The notes under the pieces: model-generated
Database searches by the model: none
What the model was told of the DNA's origin: nothing
What the model saw: only the letters and a program-made list of their open reading frames with translations
Shown: positions 59,041 to 64,000 of the stretch, one piece after another
Position numbering within the stretch: position 1 is the first letter of the stretch
Layout: each line of letters starts with the position of its first letter
From: a virus
Length of the DNA stretch: 64,000 bases
Direction: 5' to 3' (one strand)
IMG/VR virus record: IMGVR_UViG_3300045955_000166
Span: 5,468 to 69,467 of that record
Position numbers and translations under genes: made by a program

Positions 59041-59065
59041 AGAGTGTCTACAAAGTAGACACTCT
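59041..59065 (+). terminator. Perfect hairpin AGAGTGTCTAC-AAA-GTAGACACTCT
   Basis: 11-bp perfect stem, intergenic, just upstream of the next SD; no U-tract. Confidence 0.55.
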
Positions 59066-59077
59066 CTAGGAAAACAT

Positions 59078-59458
59078 ATGAGAATTTATTTTGCAGCACG
59101 TTTTGATCATAATGAAACAATGAGAGCCTATAAATATTTTCTAAGTTTATATGCTCCAGAAATAGAAATAACATCACGATGGATACAATCACATCATAAT
59201 GTAGGAGAACAATTAGCATGTCTTGAAGATATAGAAGATATACGAAAAGCAGATGCCATTTTGTTTTTTAGCGAGAAAGCCACAGAATATATGAAAGGTG
59301 GTAGACATGTAGAATTTGGTATTGCTCTTGCATTAAGTAAAACAATATGGGTAATAGGTGATAAAGAAAACGTATTTCATTATCATCCATTTGTTCAACA
59401 TTTTAATAGTTTTGTAGAATGGTTTTTTCATATAAAGGATGAAAATGAGAAAGATTAG
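59078..59458 (+). CDS. Nucleoside 2-deoxyribosyltransferase-like protein
   Basis: IYFAARF, ED..DI..AD.IL.F, GGRHVEFG.ALAL.K. Confidence 0.8.
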   Translation: MRIYFAARFDHNETMRAYKYFLSLYAPEIEITSRWIQSHHNVGEQLACLEDIEDIRKADAILFFSEKATEYMKGGRHVEFGIALALSKTIWVIGDKENVFHYHPFVQHFNSFVEWFFHIKDENEKD

Positions 59459-59708
59459 TTTTTCAGATTATTTAGATATGGTAGAAGAAATTCCCTATGT
59501 AGGATTTCTTACATGTTGGGGAGGTAAACCAGCAAAATTCGATGCTGGTACGGTACTCTCTTTTATGAATGGTACACTGATTTATTTTGAATCAGACGAA
59601 ATAAATGGAGAGCAATGGAAAGAAAAAGAACACTGTTTGAATGAAGAATTTTTTCGGCTCAAAGAACTTGATAAAATAGAAAGACAATTTACACTTTATT
59701 ATTACTAG
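59439..59708 (+). CDS. Hypothetical protein, paralog of 56018..56248
   Basis: Shared motifs as noted for 56018. Confidence 0.6.
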   Translation: MKMRKISFSDYLDMVEEIPYVGFLTCWGGKPAKFDAGTVLSFMNGTLIYFESDEINGEQWKEKEHCLNEEFFRLKELDKIERQFTLYYY

Positions 59709-60020
59709 GAACATATAATGACTGACTATGACCGTTATAATACTCTCACTACTACACCTTCGTATACAGAATTACTTCAACGATATTTACAGAAATGGTT
59801 TGGAAAGCCTATTGATGATATACATATACGATATATTAATGAATACGACAGAATACAAATTGAATTTTCATTAAAGGATGAACAATGAATAGATATGAAA
59901 AAATGTTAGCTATACTTAGTGAAATCCGAAGGTTATTAGAAGAACTTGAATACGAAATAGAATCAATGGGAAATATGGATGTTTACCCTTCAGATCTTAT
60001 TGTTGAAATAAAGGATAAAA

Positions 60021-60215
60021 ATGACTATTAAAGATTTAAAACAAGGAAACTATTTCTATTATAAGAATAGATTGTATCTTAAAATGGGAGATCTATATTG
60101 TGGTGATAACTTACGAACATATAATGCTATTGCTTTGAATGATCATGATGGACATGGGTATATACGATCATTTGAAGGACATGAGACAGTCATTCTTGCG
60201 GAGAATATCTTTTGA
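60021..60215 (+). CDS. Small hypothetical protein
   Basis: SD AAGGA; paralog of 58416..58589. Confidence 0.55.
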   Translation: MTIKDLKQGNYFYYKNRLYLKMGDLYCGDNLRTYNAIALNDHDGHGYIRSFEGHETVILAENIF

Positions 60216-60852
60216 TTTACGTGTATAATAAAAAGATCATGGCATATCCAAGTTATAAAGGATCTCCTATGTTTAACCATATGCCGGATATTATAAAATG
60301 GATTAATGTGGTACGTGTCTTTGATGAAATACCAGATGAAAAATTACACTTTGGCGCATGGTATAACATAAATACAGATAAAGGATGTATTGCAGGGTTT
60401 TGTGCAAGAGATGATTTCTTTATACGGAGAGGATTGTATCTGGATGGTTTTATGTTAATATATAAAAAATGGTATTGGTTACGAAAAATAACAAACAATG
60501 AAGCTCTTACGATGTTTTTTAAAAATAAGGGCGATAAAGATGATATTCATAAAAAATATTTTCAGAAAATTTTCTATCCAACACGAAAAGAATCTTCAAG
60601 AACACATATTAAAAAAGCTATGAGTGAATATGTAGAAAGAACAGCAGGTTATGTATTATTTTCTCCACCACAAGATGCAATTCAGTATTGGTGAATGGAT
60701 AGATAGTATCTATGGGTGTCAAGGGGCCTAAATATGGGTATGCTAGTAGCAGTAGGTATAGCATTCTTTGTAGGACTCTATGTAGGTGTAGCAATAACGT
60801 GTTACATTATTCTACATTTAGATGATAAACTTTTATCATATGAGATGGATGT

Positions 60853-61248
60853 ATGAAAAAAATTCTGTTAAATTATTTAATGATTTGTGTGTTGTTTGTT
60901 GGTGTATTCGCGCATGAAGAAGATAACATGAAATGGATACAAGATTATATCGCAGATGATCAAATGCAATGTTGTGGACGAAATGATTGCATACGTGTAG
61001 ATGTTCAAGTATTAGAAACAAATGGGAAACAATGGAAAGTACGAATAGGTGATAAAATACTTGAACTTAAATCATCTGCTATCTATCCAAGTGAAGATGA
61101 ACACAGTTATTATTGTTATCAGTTTTCATCCTATCGACTAGGAGATGATTGGTTTTCAAAGAAAGATGATACACCACCTACTTTATGTGGTCATGGAGAA
61201 ATTAGTACAAAATGCTTCAGGTGTTTATTCTATCCTGTTGGTAATTAA
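60853..61248 (+). CDS. Secreted Cys-rich protein
   Basis: Signal peptide ending VFA; CCG..DC, PSED...YYC, C...CF.CL..P. Confidence 0.65.
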   Translation: MKKILLNYLMICVLFVGVFAHEEDNMKWIQDYIADDQMQCCGRNDCIRVDVQVLETNGKQWKVRIGDKILELKSSAIYPSEDEHSYYCYQFSSYRLGDDWFSKKDDTPPTLCGHGEISTKCFRCLFYPVGN

Positions 61249-61279
61249 CATATTTTTGTGAAAGAAAAAAGGTGAGATA

Positions 61280-61486
61280 ATGGTTCTTGATGATGATGAA
61301 AACGATGATGTTCCTTTTAAACGAGAAAGAACTATTTGGGTGACAGTTTTTATGCTTGTTCTTTTTCTTGTGCTCAGTATGGCTCTAGGACTTTTTCTGA
61401 TATATTCCAAAACATCAGGAAAACAAATTTCTGAATCACCAATAATACATAAACCTATAGCAAGTTTGATAAGTGGAATGTTATAA
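61280..61486 (+). CDS. Small membrane protein
   Basis: Single long hydrophobic helix; SD AAGGTG. Confidence 0.5.
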   Translation: MVLDDDENDDVPFKRERTIWVTVFMLVLFLVLSMALGLFLIYSKTSGKQISESPIIHKPIASLISGML

Positions 61487-61780
61487 GGAGGAACAAATGA
61501 GTGTTGGTTTGTGGTTTATCTTCTTTTTTATGTGGTTGGTAGGATTTTTTATAGGTCTTTACGTTGGCGCAAATATTACATCATCATATCAAAGGAGAGA
61601 GGATACAAACGATTATGAAAGTTAAAGAACTCTTAGATTTATTAGAAAAAATTGTGGATAAAACAAAAGACATTTATTTAGTAAATCATCATAACAATGA
61701 ATATTTAGAAGAATATATTTGTGATGTTGAAGAATGTATGAATAAACAAGGCAAGATTTATTATAGGATAGTGTAATCTC

Positions 61781-62500
61781 ATGAAAAATCAGAATGGATT
61801 ACAGGCATTCTTTAGTTACTTCGGCTCAAAATATAGGTTAGCAAAATATTATCCTGAACCAAAGTATGAGACAATCATTGAACCTATGGCTGGTAGTGCA
61901 GCATATAGTTTACGCTATTATGATAGACAAATTATTCTTAATGATCTTGATCCAATAATAGCAAGACTTTGGCAGTATTTAATTCATGTATCAGAAGAAG
62001 AAATATTGTCTTTACCCTTAATTACAAAACATATAGATGAGGTAAGTTATTTATCACAAGAAGCACAGTTACTTATTCGTTATTGGCTAACTAAAGGAAC
62101 AGGTAGACCTCGTAAAACATTATCACGTTGGGCTAGAGATAATGAAGGTGGTTTATTTTGGAGTGAACGTGTAAAAGAACGTATAGCATCTCAACTCCAA
62201 TATATACGACATTGGAAAATACATAATATGTCGTATGAACAATTAAATGATTTAATAGGCAACCCAAAAGCTACATGGTTCATTGACAGTCCATATCAAC
62301 ATAGTATTAGTAGAGAATATACGCATAGTACAGTTGACTATAATCATTTAACAGAATGGATACATACAAGAAATGGGGAAGTTATCGTATGTGAAAAAGA
62401 AGGAGCAGATTGGCTACCATTTCAATATTTAGCAAGAGGATATACTTCTCATAATCATACTACGAGTCATGAAGTACACTATTATAAGGATCATAATTAA
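61781..62500 (+). CDS. DNA adenine methyltransferase (Dam/D12-like, alpha class)
   Basis: FSYFGSK, EPMAGSAAYS, LNDLD, FIDSPY. Confidence 0.85.
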   Translation: MKNQNGLQAFFSYFGSKYRLAKYYPEPKYETIIEPMAGSAAYSLRYYDRQIILNDLDPIIARLWQYLIHVSEEEILSLPLITKHIDEVSYLSQEAQLLIRYWLTKGTGRPRKTLSRWARDNEGGLFWSERVKERIASQLQYIRHWKIHNMSYEQLNDLIGNPKATWFIDSPYQHSISREYTHSTVDYNHLTEWIHTRNGEVIVCEKEGADWLPFQYLARGYTSHNHTTSHEVHYYKDHN

Positions 62501-63104
62501 TGTTGCAAAATTATATTCGCTCTGTTATAATTAGTTATGCACAAAAAGAAGTAACCCTTGAAAAATTTAAAGAACTCATATTAGTATATGTTCAACAAAA
62601 AATAGAAGAACAATACGGTATATTACAGAAAGAAGGTATAGTAGGGATTAAAGATAACAAATTAGTCTATCTCAAAGAGGATTAAGTATGAAAGGATATT
62701 TATGCGAACTATTGTTGATAGAGGAGAGTATTATACAGTAGAAGAAAATGGTAAAATGATTTTTAGTTGTAGAACACGTGAAGGTGCAAAGAGATTACTA
62801 TTTAAAAAACCACCTGAAGGAAAACAAAAAATATTTGCCATGCCTAAAAATGGATTAGCAGATTATACGGGAAATGAACCTGTTTTTTGGGAGAAAATTA
62901 GTAAAACCAAATATAAAAAAACAAAAGATTTGCCATAGATATTTCGGTGCTTTCTCAAATACATTGAAAACAATTAAGTATTTGAAAATAAACAAGTTAA
63001 GTACAGGGGTTAATTTTTTATTAAACAAATACTTAGTAAAAACATGGCACATTTAAGCCATTATTTTTTCGGGGTAGAGTGTTAGTACGTGGTTAAATAA
63101 TTTA

Positions 63105-63584
63105 ATGGAGAAAAGGATGCTCAAACGATTGGTTATGACTGCATGTTTTCTTATTACCCTAACATTTAATGTATATGCTGAATGTCTTGTACAGCGTATA
63201 CCTGTAACAGATGGAGAAGAATCATATATAACACCAGTATCTACATGTAAAACTATAGACTGTAACAAGAGATATTTTTTTGGGGCGATAACATACTCAC
63301 AAAAAACAAATACAGAATACTTTGGTGTGAAGTTTTATATAGGATCTACATCTCAGTGTCTACGAGTAAATATCCTTGATCCTTATAATTCCTTTGCGGG
63401 TTTATTAATGTGTGATGGATCTGAACCTGTATATCATGAAACAAATCCTTTAGTAATCCGTAACACAAAAGAAGGATGGTGTAGATTGATTGTCCATAAT
63501 ATAGGAGGAATAAAACAAATTAATTCTTTTCATTATAACGTTGGACGATATGCATTGCCTAATGCTAACTGTCAAGGAGAATAA
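63105..63584 (+). CDS. Secreted Cys-containing protein
   Basis: Signal peptide ending VYA; several Cys. Confidence 0.55.
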   Translation: MEKRMLKRLVMTACFLITLTFNVYAECLVQRIPVTDGEESYITPVSTCKTIDCNKRYFFGAITYSQKTNTEYFGVKFYIGSTSQCLRVNILDPYNSFAGLLMCDGSEPVYHETNPLVIRNTKEGWCRLIVHNIGGIKQINSFHYNVGRYALPNANCQGE

Positions 63585-63585
63585 A

Positions 63586-64000
63586 ATGAAAGATGCCGTA
63601 TATACAAATCAATTAAAACCCTTTCAGCATATCGTTAATTATGTTTTAGATATATATAAAACACCAGAAACATTCTGCCAAAAAGTAGAAGCAAGAGATA
63701 AAGAAGGAGAACCTGTTACATCATTAGACAGTGAAGCATGTTCATGGTGTTTAGGTGGTGCTCTATATAGAGCAGCAGTAACTCTTTATGGGAATCAAAC
63801 AATGACACTTTATTATTCAGATCTTTCAGATTGGTTTGATGAGAATCTTGAAGATCATTCTGTCTATACATTTGAAGGTAAAAATGTACCCTATATGCAT
63901 ATCTCTCTTAATGATGAATACGGCTACGATGCAGTAGTTGCTTTCTTAAAAGAAATGCAAAAGAAACTCAAGGATATGGAAGAACATTTACTAACTGTTA
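63586..64000 (+). CDS. Phage protein, 3' partial (DUF6197-like)
   Basis: SD AAGGAG; ARD..G.......ACSWCLGGAL and ND..G...V motifs; runs off window end. Confidence 0.55.
   Translation, partial: MKDAVYTNQLKPFQHIVNYVLDIYKTPETFCQKVEARDKEGEPVTSLDSEACSWCLGGALYRAAVTLYGNQTMTLYYSDLSDWFDENLEDHSVYTFEGKNVPYMHISLNDEYGYDAVVAFLKEMQKKLKDMEEHLLTV

Larger units (their letters stand above)
473..63106. repeat. Dispersed palindromic motif (A)TTAAATWATTTAA(T), at least 27 exact 13-mer copies
   Basis: 13-mer starts read by eye at 474, 7021, 8939, 9496, 10889, 11695, 15598, 15657, 21548, 21666, 22222, 23334, 25305, 26107, 27400, 29820, 35157, 36849, 40332, 41923, 43386, 44926, 53507, 55187, 57789, 60868, 63093. Confidence 0.9.
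1..64000 (+). mobile_element. Tailed dsDNA bacteriophage genome segment (siphovirus-type tail module followed by replication, metabolism and accessory modules)
   Basis: Tube-chaperone-tape measure-tip-fibre gene order, then phage-type helicase/primase/PolA/RNR/ThyX; dense one-strand coding; no host housekeeping operons. Confidence 0.97.

Noticed and set aside
1811-63268. All minus-strand ORFs in the track (e.g. 4083..4478, 9104..9580, 15913..16413, 17341..17961, 57617..58015)
   Set aside because: They are antisense shadows of well-supported + strand genes or lack SD sites and motifs
1-64000. Alternative genetic code or tRNA genes
   Set aside because: Long genes read through under code 11 with TAA, TAG and TGA all used as stops; no cloverleaf or T-loop pattern noticed in the short intergenic gaps

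Overview
The window is a 64-kb slice of an AT-rich tailed dsDNA phage genome with a long non-contractile (siphovirus-type) tail. Essentially all credible genes are on the + strand. 1-21.5 kb is the tail module: tube protein, frameshifted assembly chaperones, a LAGLIDADG endonuclease, tape measure, duplicated and triplicated tip genes, a PhoH insertion, NlpC/P60, TipJ and a 1947-aa mosaic fibre. 21.7-22.8 kb holds two exported proteins. 22.9-29.5 kb is replication and recombination (DnaB, primase, SSB, RecA, resolvase, Cas4-like nuclease). 29.8-45 kb covers nucleotide metabolism and likely counter-defence (NrdJ, ThyX, Dcd, RNA ligase, RuvC, macrodomain, NADAR, a methylase, HNH endonucleases). 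45-52.5 kb is a kinase / truncated PPDK / CsrA-like / two-phosphatase cluster directly before a family A DNA polymerase. 52.5-64 kb is mostly small accessory ORFs. The strongest candidates for undescribed biology are: (i) the PPDK-like dikinase lacking its pyruvate domain, clustered with two CX5R phosphatases; (ii) at least 27 exact copies of the palindrome TTAAATWATTTAA, mostly at gene boundaries and once inside a sigma70 promoter; (iii) an HTH-less HigA-like peptide; (iv) the paralog-expanded tail tip. I saw no tRNA, CRISPR array, integrase or reverse transcriptase. All family calls come from motif recognition by eye; no database search was run.
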